This document shows, piece after piece, positions 29,241-39,272 of a stretch of 64,000 bases of DNA (the first letter of the stretch is position 1; every line of letters starts with the position of its first letter). Source of the stretch: Minisyncoccota bacterium. GTDB taxonomy: Bacteria; Patescibacteriota; Minisyncoccia; JAHIHE01; JAGLIN01. The DNA lies in NCBI GenBank assembly GCA_023142595.1, contig JAGLJF010000003.1, forward strand, positions 3,873-67,872, in the 5' to 3' direction. The notes below the pieces were generated by a model. The model did not search any database. It was not told the DNA's origin and worked only from the letters and a program-made list of their open reading frames with translations. Position numbers and translations under genes: made by a program.

Positions 29241-29269
29241 GTAGAGACGTAGCAATGCTGCGCCTCTAC
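29241..29269. repeat. GTAG-type REP (family E)
   Basis: GTAGAGACGTAGCAATGCTGCGCCTCTAC. Confidence 0.9.
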
Positions 29270-29309
29270 AAAGAATTTCTACTTGGGGTTGACATGTTTT
29301 TAATAGGGC

Positions 29310-29338
29310 TTGACAAGTTCTGTTTTTTTATGTACAAT
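29310..29338 (+). promoter_or_regulatory. Sigma70-like promoter
   Basis: TTGACA-17 bp-TACAAT with TG extension. Confidence 0.65.
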
Positions 29339-29609
29339 GTAGAGTTCTAATGATGGGAAGTAGTACCTAAAATCTATTGAAGAACAAAGGGGAAATTGCA
29401 GATTATCGCTTAATTTACAAAACTTTATTTACCACTATTAGAACCTGTCGGTTTTGCAAAAACAAAACAGACAGATTTGTCGATAATTTCGGCAAAGGAT
29501 TGATCATTAATAAATAGCCAAAAAAGATTCGCAATGCGTAAAAGCGTAAAAGGAATTTTTGATGACTTAGAGAATAAAATATACAAAAAAAACTAAGGAG
29601 CGATGAAGA

Positions 29610-31064
29610 ATGGTATCAAATGAATATATCCCAGTAATTGTTTTTGTTGTTTTTGTTGTAATCTCTATAGCTTTTCTGTCTCGTTTGTACAAATGCTATG
29701 GAACAACTCAAAAATTAAAAGCAGAAAGAGAAAAAACGCAAGAAGAAAGAAGAGATATCGAAACCAACATTAGAAGGTCTCTGTCAGAAGGGATCGATAT
29801 TCGTCAGGAAAATGAAGATAACCGAAAGAGGCTTGCCGATCAAATAGATAAATTAAGAATAAAAGAAGTAGCTGAATGGAAAAAAATTATATTAGTAGGA
29901 ATAATAACCGCTTCATTTTTTGTTCTGTCGGTTGTGTTGTTAATTGAATTAATTTTATTTAGCAGCATAGGACAATACAGGCCTTTTATGTTTACATTAA
30001 CAGAAACGACGGTAATTCTGATAATTGTATGGATTATCTACAGAATTATTCTTAGTTCGACAAAAATCACATTAAAAAATAATGGGGTTGTTCTTTACTT
30101 TGATATACCAGACAAACAAGTGGGCGAAGGACCTATTTTTGCATGGTTTAAAGATGTGAGAATACCAGGAACAGATATCATAATTTCTAGAATAATAGAA
30201 ATTGAAAGAAAGGAAATTGTGTTCGATGTTCACAAAGATAAAACAATGTTGGCGGTCTCAGCTGATTCTACACAGCCCTTTTGGCTTGATGGTTATGTTA
30301 CATATAGAATAAAAGATATTGTCCAAACTATAATTACAACAGGAGAACATAGTCTTGATGGAATAAAGGACTATTTTGAAGGAAAAGAACAGGAGGCGTC
30401 TGTTGAAAATGAAGCCGGAGAAAAAGAAAAGATGAATATTAGAATGGGAGGTATTATAGATTTAACTTTCAGATCTTTTGTGAGAAATTTTTTCCGAGAA
30501 GCAGATAATTTTGGTATAAAAGATGGAGACACCGACGAAGTAGTAATCAATAAGGCGATTGGTGTGCAAGAACAACTTAGTAAGTCATTACACAGTCAGT
30601 TCGCATATCTTAAATATTTTGGAATAGAGCTTATGGCAACAGAAGCAACGGACATTAAGCCGTCTCAAGAAGTTGAAAATAGGCTCGTAAAAGCAAGAAC
30701 TAGCGCACAAGATATTGGCATAGCTACAAAAGAAAAAGATGCAGCTGTTGAAACAGGAAAAGTTGGACCTGAATTAATGAACATCTTTGAGAAAGATGCA
30801 AATTTTGTAATAACTCCAGAAATAAAAAGCGTTATAGCTCTCCTGACTATAAATGCTGATGCACTTAAAGGGGTTTTAGAGGGTTCGAACTTAAATATTG
30901 CATTGGTGCCAGCCATTAACAAACTTGCTGATGCAATTGGTGGCGGAAGTCCCACTTCTGCTGATACAAAAGACTTGGTGAATAAAGTTTTAAGCGAGAT
31001 TAAAAATGACCCACAAGGAATAAAAGCTGTTGTAGATCAAATAAAAAAAGCGAAAATGTTATAA
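29610..31064 (+). CDS. Membrane protein with divergent SPFH/band-7-like domain
   Basis: Three TM segments, GVVLYF..P....GEGP.F, VTYRIKD, FGIEL....TDIKPS. Confidence 0.6.
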   Translation: MVSNEYIPVIVFVVFVVISIAFLSRLYKCYGTTQKLKAEREKTQEERRDIETNIRRSLSEGIDIRQENEDNRKRLADQIDKLRIKEVAEWKKIILVGIITASFFVLSVVLLIELILFSSIGQYRPFMFTLTETTVILIIVWIIYRIILSSTKITLKNNGVVLYFDIPDKQVGEGPIFAWFKDVRIPGTDIIISRIIEIERKEIVFDVHKDKTMLAVSADSTQPFWLDGYVTYRIKDIVQTIITTGEHSLDGIKDYFEGKEQEASVENEAGEKEKMNIRMGGIIDLTFRSFVRNFFREADNFGIKDGDTDEVVINKAIGVQEQLSKSLHSQFAYLKYFGIELMATEATDIKPSQEVENRLVKARTSAQDIGIATKEKDAAVETGKVGPELMNIFEKDANFVITPEIKSVIALLTINADALKGVLEGSNLNIALVPAINKLADAIGGGSPTSADTKDLVNKVLSEIKNDPQGIKAVVDQIKKAKML

Positions 31065-31084
31065 ACTTTTGGGAGGCGTAAAAT

Positions 31085-31744
31085 ATGATAGCATTGGCTT
31101 TTGTGCTTGCTTTAATTGTTATAGTAAGTATAATAATATTTAAAAAATTGAAAACCAGAGCTTCATCAATGGCTTTGACTTCAATAACATCTCCAAAAGT
31201 CCCAAAAATAAAAATCACCGCGAGTAATTTATTCAAATTATTTGTTTACGGAACGGTGATTTTTATGTTAATAGCAATGATTTTATTTTCTTCATTGCTA
31301 GTTTATAGTACTTTTTGGGAAGGAGAGTCAGAGGCGGAAATTGAATATCTGCATCCGACGGAAACCAATCAATATATATTTTCTCCAGCAGGAACCGGCA
31401 ATCATAAAATCGGTCCCGCAACAGAGGATGTAGAGATTCATCTCGCATCTTATAATCTGGAAAATTTTGATTGGAAAAATATTTCTTTCGTCGTTACAGG
31501 AGGAGAGAAATATAAAACAAAAATCATCTTTGTCAAACATTACGACAAAGATGACAATGACAATGTTGTCGTTCCCGACAGATTTATTGAAGATATTGGC
31601 CCTTCGTCGGAAACAACGCAAAAAAAGTATCATCAGTCAGTATACTGCCCTGATGATGCAGAAGGATCTTTTATTCTTGTAGTTTATCTTAAAAAAGGTG
31701 GCTACATAGAGATTGAAGATCTACACATAGAAACTTGGGAATAA
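31085..31744 (+). CDS. Hypothetical membrane protein
   Basis: Two TM segments then beta-rich region; GGAGG RBS. Confidence 0.65.
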   Translation: MIALAFVLALIVIVSIIIFKKLKTRASSMALTSITSPKVPKIKITASNLFKLFVYGTVIFMLIAMILFSSLLVYSTFWEGESEAEIEYLHPTETNQYIFSPAGTGNHKIGPATEDVEIHLASYNLENFDWKNISFVVTGGEKYKTKIIFVKHYDKDDNDNVVVPDRFIEDIGPSSETTQKKYHQSVYCPDDAEGSFILVVYLKKGGYIEIEDLHIETWE

Positions 31745-31756
31745 CCAGGTTTCACG

Positions 31757-31785
31757 GGGAAGAATTATACCTTCCCTATTTTTTT
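31757..31785 (+). terminator. Intrinsic terminator
   Basis: GGGAAG-loop-CTTCCC followed by T run. Confidence 0.55.
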
Positions 31786-31880
31786 GTTTATTTTTTTTAA
31801 AATATATTTCTGTAGCAATTCAATTATATAAATTACATCAGAGATACTACCTAATTCACAGGCAAAATTTACTTAACTCC

Positions 31881-32055
31881 TGTCATTCTGAACTTGATTC
31901 AGGATCTTCGTTAGGTTAGATTTTGACTTATACTATCTACACGATACTATTGTATAAAAAAATACAACTATGTTTTTTGTAATAATCTGGTTAGCGATTT
32001 ATAGGCTTGCTTTAATATATAAGAATAAAGATTCTGAACTAAATTCAGAATGACA
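31881..32055. repeat. TGTC-family type A element (long interior subtype)
   Basis: TGTCATTCTGAACTTGATTCAGGATCT...AGATTCTGAACTAAATTCAGAATGACA; interior homologous to the 44157 copy. Confidence 0.9.
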
Positions 32056-32191
32056 ATTTTTTTATTAATGAATCATCTAACATACTTAAAAAAATTGTGC
32101 TTTGTTTGCGTTTTATGATATAATGAACTAAATTATTTTTATTTTATACTCAATAAATAAATTTAATTGTTATCATTATTTTTAAAAAAAT

Positions 32192-34492
32192 ATGAACAAA
32201 AAAACAAAAACTTTTCAAAAATTTGCTCTTTTATTTCTCGTTGTTTTAGTTGGAATTAGTTTTCCGCAAAATTATGCTAATGCTGGTGTTGCTGAATTAT
32301 GGGATATAGCGACTGACCCCCTTGGTGTTGGCAAGGCATTGTTAAATATTCTTCAATTGTTAATTTATGGAATAGGACTTCTTCTTCTTGGAATTGTGGC
32401 TATCTTTGTCGAAATTTCTGCTTGGCTTATTGATGTTTTTCTTGACCCCAAAATCTATGTTGGACAACCTGCTACTGCATTTGCTCCTGCTATCCCAGGT
32501 GTTCTAACTTCAAATTCAATTTTAATTGGTTGGACAGTTGTCAGAGATATTTGTAATATGTTTTTTATGTTCTTTCTTCTAATCGTTGCTTTTGGAACAA
32601 TGCTCAGAAGTAAGTCAATAAACATCAAGGCAATTTTGCCAAAAATCATCATTTCTCTATTTTTGATTAATTTCAGTATGGTTTTTGCTTATCTGATCAT
32701 TGACATTAGCCAATTTTTTATGATTGAAATCAGCTCTTGGATGACAGGAGGATTTGCTCTGGCAGCTCAATCTCTTAGTACTATTCCAAACGGATTTAAA
32801 TCAGGTTTTGCTATTTTTGAAAACATTGGTGCCGTGGATACCTTTATGATTGTGAATATCATATTTGCTATTATATTTTCTGTTTGTCTAGTCTTTGTCT
32901 ATCTTTTGCTCGTAGGTTTCTTGCTTATTCGTTTGGTATATTTTGCGGTTCTGATTGTTTTTTCTCCTGTTGCCTTTTTGGGAATTGCTTTTCCAGGTTT
33001 GTCAAAATATTCCTCTCAATGGTGGTCAGAAATTACAAAATGGGCAATTTTTGGTCCAATTTTTATTTTCTTTGTCTATCTTTCAACCACGATGGCAAAC
33101 GAATTAGTTGGAACTGTGTTTGCGGATGTTTCTCCTGCATTTGGCTTTTTTGACAAAATAGCTCTGCTTGTTATCCCAGCTGTAGTCCCGCTTGTAATTT
33201 TGCTAATGGCTCCAAAATATGCATCTGATTCTGGAGTAGCAGGAGCCCAACAACTCGTCGGTGGCAGAGGCGGTCTTGGAAATATTTCAATGGGGTCTTA
33301 TGGTGTGGCGAAATGGGGAGCTGGAAAAACGAAGCAGGCTGGTGCATGGGGTGGCAGAAGAATTGGATATGATTCAAGAAGGATTGGTGATTCAGTTCGT
33401 GGAGGAACAAAAGCATTAGCAGGTAAAATACCTATCAAGCGTGTTAGAGAAAGAATTCAAGGTAAGATAGCGATACAAGAAGTGAATAGAAAGGGCAAAG
33501 ACAGAAAAAATATCGAAGAAAAGAAGTCTGATTTTAAAGAGTTTAATGGCAAAGATGCTATTATTGCAGCAAAGGGAATTGAAGCAAAGAAATTACGAAA
33601 AGGAGAATCGTTAAGCAAGGAAGATGAATCGAAATTTATTGCTCTTATAGAACATGCGGCAGCAAAAGGAGAAAATCTTAGTACTAATTTCTCAGAAGCG
33701 CAACTTGAAATGGCAACCAAACGGGGTGCAGATGTTGATGAAATTGCAAAACATGATCCTGTTGCAGCTGGAACAATGAAACATTCAAAAGATGCTACTA
33801 AATCAGCAGAAGATCATACTGCTGAATATATGCAAGAACACGCTGAATCAGGAGACTGGAAAAAATATAGTGAACACACTAGACGAAATAACTTTGTAGA
33901 TATGGTAGAACATATTGATTCGAAAGATTTGCAAAATCATATCAAAGGTTCAGGTCCAAAAGCAAAGAAGGATTATGAAATTGGTGCTGATCAGATGATG
34001 CAAAAGTTAAAAGAAGAAATTACTGCTAATTTAACTAAAGGAACTCCAGCTGATATTGCGAAGGCTGCAGACTTAGGGAAAGAGCTTCAAAAAGCTCGAA
34101 AGAAAATCAGAAAAGTGACTGGTAATCTTGAAATTTCTGACGCAGAAAGAAATAGTGATGGATATAGAATGAGCGAAGATGCAAGCGGTACAACAACGCC
34201 ATTGGGCCATGGAGAGAAAGCGCCTACTGGTAGTAGTATTCAGTTAAATGCACCACTAATGCAAGAAGCAGTAAAAGTAACTGGAGGAGCTGACTTTAAA
34301 AAACTGACAAGCGAAAGTAAAGTTGCTTATGCGAAACATGCGAACGCAGATAATATTAATAGCTTACGATTGAAAGAGGAGGGTTCAGATGACTTGCAAG
34401 CAGTAGCAGATGAAATAAAGAAACGTCCAACTACCGATCCTGTACATATAGCAGCAGCTTCTCATGAAATATTAGGAAAATATATGACTTAA
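32192..34492 (+). CDS. VirB6/TrbL-like polytopic membrane protein with charged C-terminal tail
   Basis: GWTVVRDICNMFF, LFLINFS, RLVYF.VLIVFSPVAF, WW motifs typical of CPR VirB6-like proteins. Confidence 0.75.
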   Translation: MNKKTKTFQKFALLFLVVLVGISFPQNYANAGVAELWDIATDPLGVGKALLNILQLLIYGIGLLLLGIVAIFVEISAWLIDVFLDPKIYVGQPATAFAPAIPGVLTSNSILIGWTVVRDICNMFFMFFLLIVAFGTMLRSKSINIKAILPKIIISLFLINFSMVFAYLIIDISQFFMIEISSWMTGGFALAAQSLSTIPNGFKSGFAIFENIGAVDTFMIVNIIFAIIFSVCLVFVYLLLVGFLLIRLVYFAVLIVFSPVAFLGIAFPGLSKYSSQWWSEITKWAIFGPIFIFFVYLSTTMANELVGTVFADVSPAFGFFDKIALLVIPAVVPLVILLMAPKYASDSGVAGAQQLVGGRGGLGNISMGSYGVAKWGAGKTKQAGAWGGRRIGYDSRRIGDSVRGGTKALAGKIPIKRVRERIQGKIAIQEVNRKGKDRKNIEEKKSDFKEFNGKDAIIAAKGIEAKKLRKGESLSKEDESKFIALIEHAAAKGENLSTNFSEAQLEMATKRGADVDEIAKHDPVAAGTMKHSKDATKSAEDHTAEYMQEHAESGDWKKYSEHTRRNNFVDMVEHIDSKDLQNHIKGSGPKAKKDYEIGADQMMQKLKEEITANLTKGTPADIAKAADLGKELQKARKKIRKVTGNLEISDAERNSDGYRMSEDASGTTTPLGHGEKAPTGSSIQLNAPLMQEAVKVTGGADFKKLTSESKVAYAKHANADNINSLRLKEEGSDDLQAVADEIKKRPTTDPVHIAAASHEILGKYMT

Positions 34493-34522
34493 AAAATTTA
34501 TTTTATGTATAATATTAAGATA

Positions 34523-35329
34523 ATGAGTGAAGAAAAAAACGAAAAAGATAAAAAAAATGATGAGATGATGCGAAAAGTCAGGCTTTTGCCAGATTTTGTT
34601 TATGATGCATTACTGATAAATGAGGGAATTTCAGCAAATTCAGAAATTATTGAAAAGTATGAATTAAATGATGAACAAAAAGACAAAATGTTAGATTTGA
34701 ATTTGAATATTATTTTCAAAGAACTTGCAATTGAAAATTTGTCTGATTCTATTGAACAAAATTTGAAAGTGAACAAAGAAACAGCTTCACAAATTACGCT
34801 TGATCTCTTTTTGAAGAAATTTTATCTAGCAGCCAGTTATTTTCCTGGAATTGAGGATGAGATTTTGAGACTTGGTGGGGAAATACCGAAGGAGAAGCCG
34901 AAAAAATTAGGGGAGCAACTTTTGAAAAGAGAAGAAGAGATGGATAGGATAAAAGAAGAAGAAAAACGAGCAGAAGCCGAAAGAATGGCGGATACGATTA
35001 TTTCAAAATCTGTTGATGAGTTATTGAAAGAATTTCCAATTGTTGGAAATCAACAAATTGGTTCTCAAGAATCAATCACCCTTAAAACAAAACCTGAACC
35101 AATGAAGCCGTTGATAAAATACTGGCTAGAAGATTACAAAGAAAAAATGGGTTATTACAATCATTCAAATATCGAAAGAGTTCAATATGTCTATCACGAC
35201 AAAAACACAAAAAATATGAATGAAGAAGAAAGAAGGCAGTTAAATTTGATTTTAAAATCAGCCGACGAAAAAATCCCCCTCCCATATTCCACAAAAAGCA
35301 AGAAAATTGATTTTTCAAGAATTGAATAA
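34523..35329 (+). CDS. Hypothetical protein in T4SS-like cluster
   Basis: PLIKYWLEDY motif; ORF track start 34505, MSEEK start preferred. Confidence 0.7.
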   Translation: MSEEKNEKDKKNDEMMRKVRLLPDFVYDALLINEGISANSEIIEKYELNDEQKDKMLDLNLNIIFKELAIENLSDSIEQNLKVNKETASQITLDLFLKKFYLAASYFPGIEDEILRLGGEIPKEKPKKLGEQLLKREEEMDRIKEEEKRAEAERMADTIISKSVDELLKEFPIVGNQQIGSQESITLKTKPEPMKPLIKYWLEDYKEKMGYYNHSNIERVQYVYHDKNTKNMNEEERRQLNLILKSADEKIPLPYSTKSKKIDFSRIE

Positions 35330-35359
35330 ATTTTTAACCTGTCGTAAAGTAAATCATTC

Positions 35360-35392
35360 GTCTCTAAGAGCCTCTTAAAGGCTCTTAGAGAC
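35360..35392. repeat. Perfect 14-bp-arm palindrome
   Basis: GTCTCTAAGAGCCT-CTTAA-AGGCTCTTAGAGAC. Confidence 0.7.
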
Positions 35393-35451
35393 TGAAGCTA
35401 TCTTACAGCGGGGACAAATAAAACTCAATGATAATCACCTAACAACAACCC

Positions 35452-35895
35452 ATGCAATATAGTGTTCCTCAATTTTTAAACATTGAAGATAAAATTGTTG
35501 GTCCGTTCACGGGCAAACAAGTTCTTTTTCTGATTATGGGATTCGGAGTTCTACTGATTTCTTTTACTTTTTTTAATATGGCATTTTTTGCAATCATTGC
35601 TATTCTGGTTATTCCAATCACCTTAGCTTTTGCTTTTTGGAAACCAAAAGGAATGACAGTTTCACGCCTAATAACAAATATGATCAATTTTCATACCACC
35701 TCTCATCTTTATGTTTGGAGAAGAGAACCAAATCTGAGGATGTATAAAATGACTCAAAGAAAAGTAGCTAAAGATAGCATTGGAGAGAAAAAAGTTTCCA
35801 AAAGAAGAATCAGAGAATTAGCATGGCTGCTTGATACAAGTACTTCTATAGACACTCCTTTCGAAGCAAAAACAAGACCCGATGAGAATATTTAA
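35452..35895 (+). CDS. PrgI family protein (VirB3-like)
   Basis: MQYSVPQFLNIEDKIVGPFTGKQ, two TMs, YVWRR. Confidence 0.9.
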   Translation: MQYSVPQFLNIEDKIVGPFTGKQVLFLIMGFGVLLISFTFFNMAFFAIIAILVIPITLAFAFWKPKGMTVSRLITNMINFHTTSHLYVWRREPNLRMYKMTQRKVAKDSIGEKKVSKRRIRELAWLLDTSTSIDTPFEAKTRPDENI

Positions 35896-35985
35896 GCAAA
35901 TTGTTGAATTAAATGTATAAAAAATCTTCTTTATCTTTTTATAAAAATTACGAATAAAAAACTAACAATTTAACAATCTAATTAT

Positions 35986-36657
35986 ATGTCTACACCAGAT
36001 AAACAAAAGAAAAAAGGCTTAAGCACGCAAAAATATCTTGAAATTGCTGAAATAAAAGATGGCGTTGTTATTATGAAAAATGGAAGCATGAGAGCTGTCC
36101 TTATGGTTTCATCAATTAATTTTGCTTTAAAATCAATTGATGAACAAGACGCAACGATTTATCATTTTCAAAGTTTTTTAAATTCTCTTGATTTTTCAAT
36201 CCAAATTGTCGTAAATTCTCGAACCTTGAATCTTGATAATTATTTGCAAATTCTCAAAGATAACGAGAAAAGACAAATGAATGAACTTCTTCGCATGCAA
36301 ACGGCAAGCTACATTGAATATATTCAAGGGCTGGTGAAAATGGCAAATATTGTCAATAAAACATTTTATATAGTTGTTCCATTTTCAGTCTCAGAGTCAA
36401 AAGGAGGCACCATGAAAGCTTTAAAGGGGTCAATAAGTGCTCAAAAACTGATTTCTAACAGAGCTACATTCGAAAAATACAAAGATCAACTTTTTCAAAG
36501 AGTTGATCATGTTGTAGGAAATTTAGGTGGTTCAGGGCTAAAGATGACAATGTTGAATACACAAGAATTAATCGAGCTTTATTATAATTTATATAATCCA
36601 GAAAGTTCTGAAAAGAAAGCCTTGGCAGACATTGAAGACCTTGATTTGGCAATGTAA
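35986..36657 (+). CDS. TraC/VirB4-associated accessory protein
   Basis: STQKYLEIAEIKDG, SSINFALKS..EQ, FLNSLDF.IQI, ELIELYYNLYNP. Confidence 0.8.
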   Translation: MSTPDKQKKKGLSTQKYLEIAEIKDGVVIMKNGSMRAVLMVSSINFALKSIDEQDATIYHFQSFLNSLDFSIQIVVNSRTLNLDNYLQILKDNEKRQMNELLRMQTASYIEYIQGLVKMANIVNKTFYIVVPFSVSESKGGTMKALKGSISAQKLISNRATFEKYKDQLFQRVDHVVGNLGGSGLKMTMLNTQELIELYYNLYNPESSEKKALADIEDLDLAM

Positions 36658-36696
36658 AAAATTTCTCTATACAAAGTAATTAATAATAAATTATAT

Positions 36697-38517
36697 ATGT
36701 TGAAAAATAAAATTACTAAAAAACAGAAAGTCCAAGCTCCAACTGACAAGTCTGCTCTTTTAGATTCTGAAAAAATGTACCAAAAGGGAATGGCGACTGT
36801 AAAAGATATTATTGCTCCATCAGCTTTCAAAATTGAAAGTGACCATGTGATGATTAATAAAAAACTAGCTACTACCTTTTTTGTTTATGCCTATCCTCGA
36901 TTTCTGCAAACAAATTGGTTTTCTCCAATTATTAATCTTGATACAACATTCGATATTGCAATGTTTATTCATCCACAAAAATCCGCTGATGTTTTGAAAA
37001 GTTTGCTGAAACTAGTTACTCAACTTCAATCTCAAATGTCTATCGAAGAAGAGAAAGGTATGGTTCGAAATCCAATGCTTGAGACTGCATATCAAGACGC
37101 TGAAGGTTTGAGAGACGATCTTCAACAAGGCGTTGAACATTTTTTTCAGTTTGGACTTTATGTGACAATTTATGGAGATACGAAAGAGGAATTGGAAAAA
37201 ATTGAAACAAGCATCGAATCTGTTCTGGAAGCAAAATTAATTTATATGAAATCAGCCATTATGCAAATGGAAGAAGGTTTCAACTCCACTCTTCCTCTTG
37301 GAAACGACAAGTTGATGATTGGAAATAATATGAATACTTCCCCACTCTCAACTGCATTTCCTTTTGTTTCCAGCGATCTGACATCCAATCAAGGAATTTT
37401 ATATGGAATTAATCGACATAATAATAGTTTGATTCTATTTGACAGATTTTCTATGGAAAATGCAAACATGGTCATTTTCGCCAAATCAGGTGCGGGAAAA
37501 AGTTATGCAGTCAAGCTTGAAATTTTGAGAAGTTTGATGATGGAATCTGATGTAATTGTAATTGATCCAGAAGATGAATATAAACATCTTTGTGACACAG
37601 TCGGAGGAACATTTATGAAAATTTCCCTGTCTTCCAGAAATCATATTAACCCTTTTGACTTACCAACTGCTATTGGAGACGAAACTCCAGCAGATGTTCT
37701 TCGAAAAGCCATTTCTGATGTTGCAGGACTTATTCGAGTTATGCTTGGTACAATTACTGCTGAAGAAGATTCAATTTTAGATCGAGCCATCGCAGAAACT
37801 TATGCAATCAAAGATATTACAGCAGAAGCTGATTTTTCAACCCTTGAACCTCCAACAATGTCAGATTTGCAAATGGTTTTGGAAAATATGAGTGGAGCAG
37901 AAAGTCTTTCAACAAGAATTAAAAAATATACCGAAGGAACTTTTGCAGGTTTTTTGAATCACAAAACAAATATTGATGTTGAGTCTGGAATGGTGGTCTT
38001 CAATATCAGGGATATGGAAGAAGAACTCAGGCCAGTTGCAATGTATTTGGTTTTACACTATATTTGGACACTGATTAGATCAAAAACAAAAAAGAGGGTG
38101 ATGGTTGTTGATGAAGCTTGGATTATGATGAAACATGAAGACGCAGCATCATTCCTTTTTGGAATCGCCAAAAGATGCAGAAAATATTATCTCGGGCTGA
38201 CAACAATTACTCAAGATGTGACAGATTTTATGAGTTCAAGATACGGAAAACCGATTGTGACAAACTCATCAATGCAACTTCTTTTGAAACAATCACCAGC
38301 TGCAATCAAGACTATTGTGGATACATTCTATCTTACCGACGAAGAAAAGTTTTTGCTTTTGGAAAGTAACATTGGAGAAGGAATTTTCTTTGCTGGTTCA
38401 AAAAGAGCGGCCATCAAAATTGTGGCTTCATATTCCGAGGATCAAATCATCACTTCCGACCCAGAGCAACTTCTGGAAATTGAAAAAGCAAAAAAAGAAC
38501 TTTCAGAAATGGCATAA
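36697..38517 (+). CDS. virB4: VirB4-like type IV secretion/conjugation ATPase
   Basis: AKSGAGKSY Walker A, VIDPEDEY, VVDEAW, KRCRKY, ITQDV. Confidence 0.92.
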   Translation: MLKNKITKKQKVQAPTDKSALLDSEKMYQKGMATVKDIIAPSAFKIESDHVMINKKLATTFFVYAYPRFLQTNWFSPIINLDTTFDIAMFIHPQKSADVLKSLLKLVTQLQSQMSIEEEKGMVRNPMLETAYQDAEGLRDDLQQGVEHFFQFGLYVTIYGDTKEELEKIETSIESVLEAKLIYMKSAIMQMEEGFNSTLPLGNDKLMIGNNMNTSPLSTAFPFVSSDLTSNQGILYGINRHNNSLILFDRFSMENANMVIFAKSGAGKSYAVKLEILRSLMMESDVIVIDPEDEYKHLCDTVGGTFMKISLSSRNHINPFDLPTAIGDETPADVLRKAISDVAGLIRVMLGTITAEEDSILDRAIAETYAIKDITAEADFSTLEPPTMSDLQMVLENMSGAESLSTRIKKYTEGTFAGFLNHKTNIDVESGMVVFNIRDMEEELRPVAMYLVLHYIWTLIRSKTKKRVMVVDEAWIMMKHEDAASFLFGIAKRCRKYYLGLTTITQDVTDFMSSRYGKPIVTNSSMQLLLKQSPAAIKTIVDTFYLTDEEKFLLLESNIGEGIFFAGSKRAAIKIVASYSEDQIITSDPEQLLEIEKAKKELSEMA

Positions 38518-38535
38518 ACCTGAACTCTTATTATT

Positions 38536-39137
38536 TGTCATTCTGAATTCATTTCAGAATCTTAGTTAAATTAGATTTGAATCTATACTTTTTTACATAA
38601 TACTTTTATTTATAAAAAACATATATATTCTATAAATATCATACAGGTGCTAGTATATTCATCTGTCATCTCAGAATTTATTCCGAAACGATAGTGCAGG
38701 AATAAATGTCTGAGATCCAGTTTGTTTCGTTTATTAGAATCATTGTATAAACCGTTTTTGCATCATTAATTATTTTCTTTTCTTATAAAACCTTACAAAA
38801 TATATTATTTATTGAGACTTACTGGATTCCAGATAAATTTTTCTTTTGACTCTTAATTGTTAGATTGTCCAGCGTTGTATATACTTTTATAATTACCATT
38901 AGTATCAATTGTCATCCTCAGCTTGACTGAGGATCCAGAATAGACTGAGATAAATTTTAATTTAGGCTTGATACAGCCAAAAGATAATAATCCTAGATTC
39001 CCGCAGGAGTTTATGCTGAATTAATTTCAGTGCGGGAATGACAAATAAGTTTAATGTAATGTATATAACTATTTTTAAAAAGTATAGGAAGCGCTGAAAA
39101 ATCTTACATATTAATAGTAAAATTTTCTGAAATGACA
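38536..39137. repeat. Nested cluster of TGTC-family elements
   Basis: Left ends at 38536, 38664 and 38910; right ends at 39043 and 39137. Confidence 0.75.
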
Positions 39138-39272
39138 ATATTTTGCCACTAAATTAATAAACATTTATACTATAAATGGTTTATTAATTCACTGACGTAA
39201 TTTTATCAACAAATTAAGTACCATTTATAAAAATAGCAACCCAAAGATATTATATAAAAGCAAAAGAGCAAT

